Of a DNA stretch of 64,000 nucleotides, positions 41,714 through 51,046 are shown piece after piece. Source of the DNA: an uncultured Muribaculaceae bacterium (lineage in GTDB: Bacteria > Pseudomonadota > Alphaproteobacteria > Rs-D84). The translations under genes and the position numbers were made by a program. The notes under the pieces were generated by a model. The model was not told the DNA's origin and did not search any database. It saw nothing but the letters and a program-made list of their open reading frames with translations. The stretch lies in the NCBI GenBank assembly GCA_964587855.1, contig CAZPLT010000002.1:6676-70675 (forward strand). Direction: 5' to 3'. Within the stretch, counting starts at the first letter, position 1. Each line of letters opens with the position of its first letter.

Positions 41714-42469
41714 ATGAAAAGATATTTAATTTGTTTATGTTCTCTGTTGGTCACTGTTCCGGTAATTGCCGCGCAAACTAACAGGACCAAACCAGCTAAT
41801 TACGACGAGGAACGTGTCGGGACCAAGGGGAATGTGACAACGGCACACCAAGTCCGTGTGGGAACGACTTCGTCCTCGTCAACAACATCTGTGACGTCAT
41901 CGACATCAAGTCAGGTTGATACGCGTGAAGAGGAAAAAGAAGCCTGTACAAGTCGTAACTCGGGCGCAGGCAATACTTTTGTTTGGGCGTCTAAAACAAA
42001 TAGTAGCAACTATGAATCAATGGTTGAAGATACTGAAAAACCAAAAAACAACGCTTGCTTTGTTCGTGTGACGTTAAAATCTAAAAACCCAAAAATTCAA
42101 ATTGAGGAATCTTCCAAATACTTTGTGATAGGGGAACAAGAGACTTGCGGCAGTTGGGAAAAAGAAGAAGATATAAAGCAACAGATCCTTGATTCTAAGA
42201 AAAGTGGTCTAGTCGGCGGAACAATCGCTGGCGCTGTTGGTGGTGCCGTGTTGGGCGTAGGCGCTATGGAATTGTTTGGAAACAAGGCAATTGGTGGCAA
42301 AGTTCAGGGACAAAAAGCTTTGTCTGACGAACAATTACTGCGTTCTCAGATGTTGGCAGCAGGCAAGGAAGATGAATGGAAAAAATACGAAGAATCAAAA
42401 AAAGAAAGGTCTAGTCTTTGCGAGGAGCTGCATGCCCTTGGGGGTAAAGCACCAGAATGTGACGAATAA
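41714..42469 (+). CDS. Secreted Ser/Thr-rich hypothetical protein
   Basis: Signal peptide, Ser-rich low-complexity N-terminal region, Gly-rich segment. No family recognised. Confidence 0.65.
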   Translation: MKRYLICLCSLLVTVPVIAAQTNRTKPANYDEERVGTKGNVTTAHQVRVGTTSSSSTTSVTSSTSSQVDTREEEKEACTSRNSGAGNTFVWASKTNSSNYESMVEDTEKPKNNACFVRVTLKSKNPKIQIEESSKYFVIGEQETCGSWEKEEDIKQQILDSKKSGLVGGTIAGAVGGAVLGVGAMELFGNKAIGGKVQGQKALSDEQLLRSQMLAAGKEDEWKKYEESKKERSSLCEELHALGGKAPECDE

Positions 42470-42499
42470 AAAAACGCGCCATTTGGCGCGTTTTTTTTA
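42468..42499. terminator. Bidirectional rho-independent terminator shared with rpmH
   Basis: aaaaaaacgcgccatttggcgcgtttttttt. Confidence 0.75.
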
Positions 42500-42501
42500 T
42501 C

Positions 42502-42649
42502 TTACAGCAGATACTGCCACGCGGACACGTCCCTTGGCACGACGACGATTCAATACGTCACGTCCGCCCTTAGTTGCCATTTTTTCACGAAAACCATGGG
42601 TTTTTACCCGACGAGTTTTCGAAGGTTGATATGTTCTTTTGGTTGCCAT
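42502..42649 (-). CDS. rpmH: 50S ribosomal protein L34
   Basis: Minus-strand 44-codon ORF translating to [49 protein letters not shown]. It is absent from the ORF track because it is under 60 aa. Confidence 0.92.
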
Positions 42650-42762
42650 TTCTAAATCTCTTTCTTTTTAATTGCTAGGGCATTTAACCACAGGTTTTGC
42701 TGATTTGCAAGTAAAATAATGCGATTGTTTATATCATCATCCACGTTTAAAAAACTGGTAAT

Positions 42763-43125
42763 TTATATAGATTTATCATTTTTAAGATGATTTAACAGTA
42801 ATAAAGTCGCATAGTTGGATTCTTTCGCAACGAATTTACACGATCCGTCTCCATATGTGGCAAAACATGTAAGTTCTTTATCATTTGGCGAAGGTTTGTT
42901 GTGATTAAATCTTTTATCAAGATTTTCGCCATATAAAGATTCATCAAGCTTTATCCCATAAATATGATAATAGACAGCTTTGTTTGTAACAGTACTGACT
43001 GTTTTTTTTATTTCTCTGGACGTTATGACAAATCTGCTATAAGAAACATTACTGCTGAATTCTATGGAATAGCCAATTTTATATAAAAATTTAGTTGGTT
43101 TTGTTCTAACTTTTTTAAATACCAT
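42763..43125 (-). CDS. Hypothetical protein, paralog 1 of a tandem pair
   Basis: 120 aa. It shares a conserved block with the neighbouring 115-aa ORF (YGIKLDESLYGENLDKRFNHNKPSPNDKEL vs YGLELNTKLYGPDLDKWFKNRKPSPKDKSL). Confidence 0.6.
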   Translation of the reverse strand: MVFKKVRTKPTKFLYKIGYSIEFSSNVSYSRFVITSREIKKTVSTVTNKAVYYHIYGIKLDESLYGENLDKRFNHNKPSPNDKELTCFATYGDGSCKFVAKESNYATLLLLNHLKNDKSI

Positions 43126-43288
43126 TTAAAAATCTCTTAATTTGCCATACAAAGTTGTTAATTATTTCTTTCTTTCCAGTATACCCAACCATGTTAAAAA
43201 TTCGGTAAATAGGCACCATACGAATAAAATCGCAGCAATTGTTCCAATCGGACCAAGTAAAATCATAGGTTCCATTTTTACACTTTTG

Positions 43289-43636
43289 TTATTTGGATAT
43301 TTTGTTCAAAGATTTTGTTAGTATAGCTTTTTGTACGACTGCGGCGGTTTCACCAAAAAAACGATCTTTACCATTGTTTGAAATAGCAAAAAATTTAAGG
43401 CTTTTATCTTTTGGGGAAGGTTTGCGATTTTTAAACCATTTATCTAAATCTGGGCCGTATAATTTAGTATTTAATTCTAAACCATAAAGTTGGTAACTTA
43501 AACGCTCTCCCGCAGCATTTTTAAAAGATTTTATGTCTGCAGACTCTATAACAAAGTAACAATGTGAAATACGATGGTTAAATGATATTGAATCACCAAT
43601 TTCGTGAAATAATTCGCCAGATTTTTTATTTTGCAT
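43289..43636 (-). CDS. Hypothetical protein, paralog 2 of a tandem pair
   Basis: See paralog 1. The gene lies in the gyrA upstream region on the opposite strand. Confidence 0.6.
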   Translation of the reverse strand: MQNKKSGELFHEIGDSISFNHRISHCYFVIESADIKSFKNAAGERLSYQLYGLELNTKLYGPDLDKWFKNRKPSPKDKSLKFFAISNNGKDRFFGETAAVVQKAILTKSLNKISK

Positions 43637-43798
43637 TTTTATACCTTTTTATTATTTATTGACAAAGACACTATAAACATAAAACTGTATTTGTCAATAA
43701 TTTTATTTATATAAAAACCGCATTTTTTTTGGATTATTTTCTTGCCCGAAACTTAGCAATTTGCTATCTTTATAACGCTAAAAAACGGAGTATTTTTT

Positions 43799-46480
43799 AT
43801 GTCTGAAATTAATGAAGTTTCCCCAGAAATCAAAGTTCCAATCAGTGTTCTTGAACAAGAAATGCGTGGCAGTTTTTTGAACTATGCAATGTCGGTTATT
43901 GTTGATCGCGCTTTGCCCGATGTTCGTGATGGTTGTAAACCTGTGCATCGTCGTATTTTGTATGTTATGAACGATGTAGCGCCTGCAACGCGTGCAACTG
44001 TAAAATGCGCCCGTATCGTTGGTGATGTTATGGGTAAATACCATCCCCATGGCGACAGCAGTATTTATGACGCGATGGTTCGTATGGGTCAGGATTTTTC
44101 TATGGGTGCATGCTTGGTCCAGGGTCAGGGAAATTTCGGCAGTATGGACGGGGATAAACCCGCCGCTATGCGTTATACCGAAGCAAGATTATCTAAACTG
44201 GGCGGGTCATTAATGGACGATATGGACAAAGATACCATTGAATGGATGCCTAATTTTGACGATACTTTGAAAGAGCCACAGGTTTTACCCGCGAAATTTC
44301 CAAATTTCTTGGTAAATGGCGGCAGTGGAATTGCGGTTGGTATGGCGACAAATGTGCCAACTTATAATTTGGGCGAGGTTTGTGATGGTGTTTTGGCTAT
44401 ATTAAACAATGCCGAAATTACAGATGAAGAATTATTTGGAATTATTCAGGGGCCAGATTTCCCAACGGGCGGGATTATGATGGGGCGTGGCGGCGCATTC
44501 AAAGCGCACACAACTGGCCGCGGCAGTGTGATTGTTCGTGCAAAAACTCATGTCGAGGATATGAAAGAAAAGCAAGCAATCATAGTTGATGAAATTCCTT
44601 ATCAAGTAAATAAAGCTCAGTTGATTATAAAAATTGTAGAGCTGTCCAAAGAAAAACGTATCGAAGGGCTTGGTGAAATTCGTGATGAAACCAGCAAAGA
44701 AGGCGTGCGTATAGTTATCGAATTAAAGCGTGATGCAATTGCTGATGTTGTTCTGAATCAATTATTTCAATACACAGAATTACAAAGCAGTTTCCCAGTA
44801 AATATGATGGCGTTAAATCATGGCCGTCCAATGTTATTTAATGTTCGTGGTGTGTTGGATGCTTTTATTGATTTTCGTATAGATGTTATTCGCCGCAGAA
44901 CTATATTTGAATTAAACAAGGCACGTAATAAAGCACATACTTTATTGGGCTTGTCAGTTGCGGTTGGAAATCTTGATGAAATTATTGCTTTGATAAAAGG
45001 CAGTGAATCGCCCGAGGCAGCACGTCAGGCATTGATATCTCGCAGTTGGAAAGCATCAGATATAGAAAGCTATATCAGATTGATTGATGATCCAAATACC
45101 GAATATGAAAATGGTATGTTCCGTATGAGCGAAGATCAAGCAAAAGCCATCTTGGAATTACAATTACATCGCTTGACCGGATTAGAACGTGAAAAAATTC
45201 ATAATGACTTGGTAGAACTTGGTGCAATTATCAAAGAATTGTTGGATATTTTGGGCAGTTACGAAAGAATTATACAAATTATTCGCGATGAAACATCTGC
45301 GGTTCGTGATAACTGGTCGGTTCCACGCAGAACAATAATTTCTGACGCCGAAGTTGATATGGATATAGAAGATTTAATAGCACGCGAAGATATGGTTGTA
45401 ACAGTTTCAAACACTGGATATATCAAACGTGTTGCGCTGGATACTTACCGCGCACAAAAACGCGGGGGTAAGGGTCGCAATGCAATGACCACCAAAGAAG
45501 ACGATTATGTATCTCAATTATTCGTTGCAAATACTCATACTCCATTGATGTTTTTCAGCAGCAAGGGTATGTGTTATCGCTTGAAAACTTATAAATTACC
45601 AGAATCGGCCGCCAGTGCCAAGGGTCGTCCATTGGTGAATTTATTACCATTGTCTGCGGGTGAAACAATCACGGCAATTTTACCAGTGCCAGAATCTGAA
45701 ACTGGAACATTTTTGATGTTCGCAACCAGCATGGGAACGATTCGCAGAAATGATTTTTCAGACTTTGAAAGCATACGTGCAAACGGAAAAATTGCGATGA
45801 AGTTGGAAGATGGCGAAAGCCTGGTCAGTGTTATGTTGTGCAATGAAAACCAAGATGTATTTTTAAGCACTTATCGTGGTCGCTGCATCAGATTCCCAGT
45901 AAATGAAATTCGCGTATTCCAAAGCAGAAATTCAACCGGTGTTCGCGCAATCAAATTGGGCAAAGACGACAAAATTATCGGTATGGCAATGCTGAATCAT
46001 TCAGACGCTGACGCGGAAACACGCGCAGCATATATCAAGCAAAGCCGCGCGCTGCGCCGCGCAGACGGAGTGGAAGAAGAAGCTGGCGACGAAGAAGAAA
46101 CAACCAGTATTGTTTTGGGCGAAGCAACGATGGCGGATATGGCGCGCGATGAACAATTTATTTTGACCATCAGTGAAAATGGATTTGGGAAACGCACCAG
46201 TTCGTATGAATATCGTTTGACCCATCGTGGCGGTTCGGGTATTACCGCAATTAAACTGGGCGGAAAAAATACAGCGGTCGCGGGCAGCTTCCCAATTGAT
46301 AATGGTCATGATATTATGATGGTGACGGACGGCGGCAAAATTATCAGAACGCCAGCGGACGCGGTTCGTATCGCGGGTCGTTCCACAGCGGGTGTAACAT
46401 TGTTAAAAACAGCTGAAAAAGAACGCGTCATCAGCACCACAGCAATTGAAAAAGAAGAAGTAATTGAAAACGAGGAATAA
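43799..46480 (+). CDS. gyrA: DNA gyrase subunit A
   Basis: 893 aa with GyrA N-terminal breakage-reunion domain (active-site region AMRYTEARL) and C-terminal beta-pinwheel repeats. Confidence 0.97.
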   Translation: MSEINEVSPEIKVPISVLEQEMRGSFLNYAMSVIVDRALPDVRDGCKPVHRRILYVMNDVAPATRATVKCARIVGDVMGKYHPHGDSSIYDAMVRMGQDFSMGACLVQGQGNFGSMDGDKPAAMRYTEARLSKLGGSLMDDMDKDTIEWMPNFDDTLKEPQVLPAKFPNFLVNGGSGIAVGMATNVPTYNLGEVCDGVLAILNNAEITDEELFGIIQGPDFPTGGIMMGRGGAFKAHTTGRGSVIVRAKTHVEDMKEKQAIIVDEIPYQVNKAQLIIKIVELSKEKRIEGLGEIRDETSKEGVRIVIELKRDAIADVVLNQLFQYTELQSSFPVNMMALNHGRPMLFNVRGVLDAFIDFRIDVIRRRTIFELNKARNKAHTLLGLSVAVGNLDEIIALIKGSESPEAARQALISRSWKASDIESYIRLIDDPNTEYENGMFRMSEDQAKAILELQLHRLTGLEREKIHNDLVELGAIIKELLDILGSYERIIQIIRDETSAVRDNWSVPRRTIISDAEVDMDIEDLIAREDMVVTVSNTGYIKRVALDTYRAQKRGGKGRNAMTTKEDDYVSQLFVANTHTPLMFFSSKGMCYRLKTYKLPESAASAKGRPLVNLLPLSAGETITAILPVPESETGTFLMFATSMGTIRRNDFSDFESIRANGKIAMKLEDGESLVSVMLCNENQDVFLSTYRGRCIRFPVNEIRVFQSRNSTGVRAIKLGKDDKIIGMAMLNHSDADAETRAAYIKQSRALRRADGVEEEAGDEEETTSIVLGEATMADMARDEQFILTISENGFGKRTSSYEYRLTHRGGSGITAIKLGGKNTAVAGSFPIDNGHDIMMVTDGGKIIRTPADAVRIAGRSTAGVTLLKTAEKERVISTTAIEKEEVIENEE

Positions 46481-46484
46481 TAAT

Positions 46485-47336
46485 ATGTCAGATAATAATT
46501 CAGTAGCTTTAATAGGTAATTTTGATTCGTGTTCTCATATTGATGATGAGGTGGAATACTGGTTTGCTCGAGATTTACAAAAACTCCTTGGGTATGAAAA
46601 GTGGGATAAATTTACAAATATAATAGACAAGGCTAAATTAGCTTGTAAAAACAGTGAGTTATCAGTATTAGACCATTTTCTCCAAGTGGGGAAAATGGTT
46701 GTGATAGGTTCTAGCACTAACAGAGAGATTGAAGATTATAAATTAACAAGATATGCGTGTTATTTAATAGCACAAAATGGAGATTCTGCAAAAAGAGAGG
46801 TAGCCTTTGCTCAAACTTATTTCGCTGTTCAGACCAGGAAACAAGAGATAATTGAACAAAGAATGGCAGAATATGAGAGATTGGCGGCACGTGTAAAATT
46901 ATCTGAGACAGAGAAAGAGCTTGGTTCTTTATCATATGAGCGTGGTGTAGATAGTAGGGGGTTTGCTATTATTCGTAGTAGGGGCGATCAAGCATTATTT
47001 GGCGGATATAATACCAGCAATATGAAGCAACGGCTTGGGATAAATAATGAATCTAGGCCATTAGCGGATTTTTTACCGGCAGTTACCATAAAAGCGAAAG
47101 ATTTAGCTACAGAAATGACAAATCATAAGTTAAAAAATTCTAATTTAAGTGGTTCTGATAAAATCTCTGACGAACATGTAAAAAATAATGCTAGTGTTAG
47201 AAAAGCTCTTACAGATAGCGAAATTTACCCAGAGAAATTGCCACCAGCGGAAGATATAAAAAAAGTTGAAAGTAAAATAAAACGAGAAGAGAAACAAATA
47301 GCTTTATCAAAGACTAAAAAAATTACTAAAAACTAA
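46485..47336 (+). CDS. dinD: DNA-damage-inducible protein D homolog
   Basis: Blocks matching E. coli DinD: RYACYLIAQNGD, AQTYFAVQTRKQE, ALFGGY. The start is taken at MSDNNS. Confidence 0.75.
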   Translation: MSDNNSVALIGNFDSCSHIDDEVEYWFARDLQKLLGYEKWDKFTNIIDKAKLACKNSELSVLDHFLQVGKMVVIGSSTNREIEDYKLTRYACYLIAQNGDSAKREVAFAQTYFAVQTRKQEIIEQRMAEYERLAARVKLSETEKELGSLSYERGVDSRGFAIIRSRGDQALFGGYNTSNMKQRLGINNESRPLADFLPAVTIKAKDLATEMTNHKLKNSNLSGSDKISDEHVKNNASVRKALTDSEIYPEKLPPAEDIKKVESKIKREEKQIALSKTKKITKN

Positions 47337-47388
47337 GTTATATTATATGATTTTAATTTATTAAACACATAGAAACTTAAGGCGTAAT

Positions 47389-47625
47389 ATGTATGAAATA
47401 ATAAAAGATAAAGAATCGGGGCTTTATAGGATAATCAGTGAAATAGAACCACTTGATAAAGAAAACGAAGAGGTGGTTTTATTAAATTCTATGCCCAAAG
47501 CAAGTGTTGTTTCCTTAATTTCGGACGAATTTCGCACGATGATAGATTCTGGATTATGTGATGAAAATTATCGGGATTTTAAGGATAAAATAAGTTTTAT
47601 AAAAACGATAACTTTGGATTTATAA
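47389..47625 (+). CDS. Hypothetical 78-aa protein
   Basis: ORF between dinD and the DpnI-like gene; no similarity recognised. Confidence 0.4.
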   Translation: MYEIIKDKESGLYRIISEIEPLDKENEEVVLLNSMPKASVVSLISDEFRTMIDSGLCDENYRDFKDKISFIKTITLDL

Positions 47626-47626
47626 A

Positions 47627-48397
47627 ATGGAGATAATACCAAGTTTTGATTTAAGTATGGCATGTTGTTACAAAAGCGAATCACAAAAAATTCGGGTTAT
47701 GTCGGAACATTGGGTAAAAGAAAATGCGTTTTGCCCAAATTGCGGTGAAATATTAGAAAAATATCAAAATAATAAACCTGTTGCGGATTTCTTTTGCCCT
47801 AATTGTGGTGAAGATTATGAGTTAAAAAGTAAATCAGGCACATTCGGCGTAAAAGTTTTAGATGGCGCATATAATACTATGATAGAAAGAATAAATAGTA
47901 TTAAGAATCCGAACTTTATGATTATGAATTATTCAGAGTGTTCTATTAGAAATTTTATGGTAATTCCAAAACATTTTTTTACAGATGATATAATAGAAAA
48001 AAGAAAGCCATTATCAGATACTGCACGCAGAGCAGGATGGATTGGTTGTAATATCTTGCTAAATAAAATCCCAAATAGCGGAAAAGTATTTTTTATTAAA
48101 GATTCTGAATTTATTGGAAAAACTGAAATTATAACGGAATATAATAAGGTCAAATTTCTTCAAAATGAATATCAAAAGAAAAGGGGCTGGTTAATAGATA
48201 TTATTGGATTTATAGAAAAACTCAATCAAAAGACATTCAAACTATAAGATATGTATAAATTTGAAAAGGAATTGTATTTAAAACATCCATCTAATAACAA
48301 TATAAAACCTAAAATTAGGCAACAATTACAATATTTAAGAGATAAGGGATATTTGACATTTGATGGCAATGGAACTTATACTACGATAAATAACTAG
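47627..48397 (+). pseudogene. dpnI: DpnI-like methyl-directed restriction endonuclease gene, interrupted by an in-frame TAA at 48245-48247
   Basis: Residues 1-206 align with DpnI (YKSESQKIRVMSEHWV..FCPNCGE, KPVADFFCPNCGEDYELKSKSG, DGAYNTMIERI, RKPLSDTARRAGWIGCNIL). The next 49 codons in the same frame encode the DpnI C-terminal winged-helix segment (DMYKFEKEL..IRQQLQYLRDKGYLTFDGNG). A TAA stop sits where DpnI has Glu. Confidence 0.8.
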
Positions 48398-48407
48398 GGT
48401 AAATGAA

Positions 48408-48791
48408 ATGAATACGGCATTTTTATCTATTAACGATGTATCAAAGCAATTGGATATTCCAGCGCATACTTTGCGCTATTGGGAAAAACAATTTCCAGTT
48501 TCTATAAAGCCCGCAACTGGCGCGGGGGGACGTCGCTATTATCGCCCTGAAACGGTTGCTGCGCTGAAACAGGTTCGCGCTTTGCTGTATGATCGCGGCA
48601 TGACCATTGCTGGTGTTAAAAAGTTAATAAAAGATGGTCAGTTTCTGAATACTGAAATAAACATTTCGGTTGAAAAACCAGTTGGCTTAGCCAAGCCATC
48701 AAAACAAGCCCCAGGGCTGTTTACAAACAGCGCTAATATAGATAAAGCCATAGATTTGCTGGAACAGGCGCGAGCAACCTTGAATTCTTGA
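48408..48791 (+). CDS. MerR family transcriptional regulator
   Basis: N-terminal MerR HTH (LSINDVSKQLDIPAHTLRYWEKQ). Confidence 0.8.
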   Translation: MNTAFLSINDVSKQLDIPAHTLRYWEKQFPVSIKPATGAGGRRYYRPETVAALKQVRALLYDRGMTIAGVKKLIKDGQFLNTEINISVEKPVGLAKPSKQAPGLFTNSANIDKAIDLLEQARATLNS

Positions 48792-48881
48792 ATAATAAAG
48801 CCCGGTTGGGCTTTTTATTTTCCAATTTATTTTATTGTAAATAGTTTTTTTGGGTATAGAATTGTCGGACAAAGGAAAAAA

Positions 48882-49586
48882 ATGAAATCAATTGAAAAAA
48901 TAAGCATTCTGGGGGACTCGATTTCCAAGGGTGTTATATTGGACACTCTTTCGAAAAAATACAAAATATTAAAAGAATCCGCAGCCGATTTATTCAGCAG
49001 CGAAAATAACGTGATTGTAAAAAACTATGCAAAGTTTGGCTGCACCAGTGAAAAAGCGTTGGGGTTGATTGCTGATATAGTAAAAGAAGAAAACAAGCAT
49101 GAAATTATCCTGATAGAATTGGGCGGAAATGATTGTGATTACAAATGGGACGAAGTTGCAAAAGACCCAGAGGCAAATCATCGTCCAAATGTGGAATTAG
49201 AAGACTTTAGATTAAATATTGCCAAGATTATTGAAATTGTAAAGACCAGTGGGCGTGATTTGGCGTTTATGACGTTGCCACCAATTGACGCACAAAAATA
49301 CTTTAATTGGATTACGCGCGGCGATCCGGAAAGAGCCAAAAATATTCTGCGTTTTATAGGTGAAGTAAATTATATTTATCGGCATCAAGAATTATATGCC
49401 ACAGCATTGGAAGAAATTGCAACCCAGAACAAGGTATATAAAATTCCGGTTCGGGCAGGATTCTTGGCAATTCCAAAATATGGCGATTATATTTGTGATG
49501 ATGGAATTCATTTGAATGAGCAAGGTCAAGAAGTAATGAAAAATATATTCAATGATACATATAACAAGTATATAAGTAAAAAATAA
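48882..49586 (+). CDS. SGNH/GDSL hydrolase family protein
   Basis: GDSIS block (ISILGDSISKGV) and downstream SGNH conserved residues. Confidence 0.75.
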   Translation: MKSIEKISILGDSISKGVILDTLSKKYKILKESAADLFSSENNVIVKNYAKFGCTSEKALGLIADIVKEENKHEIILIELGGNDCDYKWDEVAKDPEANHRPNVELEDFRLNIAKIIEIVKTSGRDLAFMTLPPIDAQKYFNWITRGDPERAKNILRFIGEVNYIYRHQELYATALEEIATQNKVYKIPVRAGFLAIPKYGDYICDDGIHLNEQGQEVMKNIFNDTYNKYISKK

Positions 49587-49587
49587 T

Positions 49588-49614
49588 AAAAACCCGCATA
49601 TGCGGGTTTTTTTA
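49588..49614. terminator. Bidirectional rho-independent terminator
   Basis: aaaaacccgcatatgcgggttttttt. Confidence 0.75.
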
Positions 49615-49615
49615 T

Positions 49616-49974
49616 TTACATAACATGAGAAGATAATTTATTTCTTAGTATTGCCATTTCACGATATTTGTCTTCAGTAAAAAGTATGTTCCAAAAAATA
49701 TTTGTTTTTGTATTTTCTGAACAATTTTGATGTTTTTTTATCAATTCTAATAAAGGAGGAACATTTATATTTTGTTCGGCTAAGGTACCAAGTTCATTAT
49801 CTGACATAAACGGATTTTTCGCCAATCCCATTAAAATTTCATAATTAGTAGAGCCTAAAAAAGTTAAACGTTGCTCTTTGTCCGCGGTTGTCATTGCTTG
49901 TTCTTTCAAATCCTTATATAAAGGATTTCCTTTGTTATTCTTATTAATACTACAATTAAGAATACTACTCATTT
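49616..49974 (-). CDS. Hypothetical protein
   Basis: ORF from the track (149 aa). The start is more plausibly the internal Met (MSSILNCS). No similarity recognised. Confidence 0.4.
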
Positions 49975-50580
49975 TTTTCACCTTTGATTTGTATCGGTCC
50001 TTTTTGGTCAAAAACAAAGGCCGAAGAATATAAATAGTAGAATAGACAAAGCTAACTTTCAACAAATTTATAAATTTGTCGAAAAATCGTTTAAAATCAA
50101 TTAAATAAAATGAAATTTATAAACCAATGTGGCAGAAAAAGACTCGTCTGTGCAATCTATAAGTGGGGAAGGTTGGTTTGTATTCATTTTTTTTGATCGC
50201 ATACGAAAGTTACAAAGATAAATCTTGGTAAAAATTATAGCCCAAATATAAAGAATATTCCTTTTCAGAAATTTTCTTTTTATATGTATCCCCAGGATAT
50301 GGCGTGCTGTAAAAAGTCCTTAGATCTTCGAATCCAACCCCAATATAAAAATTAGTATATTTTGAATGGTAAGTATAACTGGCAGAATAACCCAGCAAGT
50401 TTTTATCTTGATACGATTGCTCGGTATCATAGTATTTGTATAAAGGCATAAATTTCAGAATATGTCTTTTATATAAATATAATCTAATCTCTCTCCTTTT
50501 TTCCAGTTGTAATTATACATTAATTTTTAATATAAAGAAATTGATTTATTTCCTAGAACAAAAGGCAGATTAAAAAGTTT

Positions 50581-50655
50581 TGGCAGTCCCAACGGGAATC
50601 GAACCCGTGTTTTCAGAATGAGAATCTGGCGTCCTGACCGCTAGACGATGGGACC
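50581..50655 (-). tRNA. tRNA-Glu-like, apparent anticodon CUC, with C27-A43 mismatch in the anticodon stem
   Basis: Minus-strand cloverleaf GGTCCCATCGTCTAGCGGTCAGGAC..anticodon loop TTCTCAT..GGGTTCGATTCCCGTTGGGACTGCCA. The D-arm is tRNA-Glu-like. Confidence 0.7.
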
Positions 50656-50743
50656 ATTCAGCAGGCTTTTACCAGCTTATAATGAAAACCTGGTGTTTTC
50701 AAGAATAATTATAAAAAAATCGCACCCAAACAGGTGCGCAAAT

Positions 50744-50919
50744 TTTTTGGTTGGGCCACACGGGCTGTAATTCCCAACGCTTCGCTTTTGGGCCCCTTTC
50801 GTGTCGTAAGGCTCAAACTTAGTAAGACTCGTTTTCGCCAACTATCCACTCCGAACCGCGCGGTTCTGTCTTCCGCAAAACTCAACCAAAATAAAAACGC
50901 CACAAGGGCGTTTTAATTT
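50744..50919 (-). ncRNA. Candidate small RNA or integration scar. A roughly 170-nt minus-strand segment is bounded by two terminator hairpins and ends in a tRNA-like 3-prime end (…GCCCGTGTGGCCCAACCA) that duplicates the tRNA-Gln 3-prime end
   Basis: Terminator hairpins at 50896-50917 (aaaacgcccttgtggcgttttt) and 50709-50745 (aaaaaatttgcgcacctgtttgggtgcgattttttt). The 19-bp direct repeat ttttggttgggccacacgg occurs at 50744-50762 and 50917-50935. No ORF of 60 aa or more on the minus strand. Confidence 0.35.
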
Positions 50920-50993
50920 TGGTTGGGCCACACGGATTCGAACCGCGATAAAGAGAACCAAAATCTCTTGTCCTACCGTTAGACGACGCCCCA
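50920..50993 (-). tRNA. tRNA-Gln (anticodon UUG)
   Basis: Minus-strand TGGGGCGTCGTCTAACGGTAGGAC..stem AGAGA/TCTCT with loop TTTTGGT..GGTTCGAATCC..TGGCCCA A CCA. U1-A72 is typical of bacterial tRNA-Gln. There is one G-G mismatch in the acceptor stem. Confidence 0.75.
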
Positions 50994-51046
50994 AAAGCTT
51001 CAAAATTATAACTAACTAATATAAAAAATCAATAGAAAATAATTAT

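Noticed and set aside
42276-42629. Plus-strand 117-aa ORF
   Set aside because: It overlaps the terminator and the minus-strand rpmH gene, whose translation is an unmistakable L34. This plus-strand frame is spurious.
50210-50449. 79-aa Tyr-rich ORF resembling a C-terminal beta-barrel fragment
   Set aside because: There is no signal peptide or N-terminal part and no recognisable family. It is possibly a gene remnant, and I was too unsure to call it a feature.
50734-50916. Plus-strand 60-aa ORF and minus-strand 64-aa ORF in the tRNA-Gln repeat region
   Set aside because: Low-complexity translations spanning terminator hairpins and tRNA-derived sequence. The region is more plausibly non-coding.
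50700-50996. Two-piece (permuted) tmRNA or SRP RNA as an explanation of the tRNA-like 3-prime end segment
   Set aside because: I found no tag reading frame ending in ALAA/AVAA-stop, no GGGG 5-prime acceptor strand partner, and only a weak resemblance to the SRP GGAAG motif. The roughly 170-nt size fits neither RNA.
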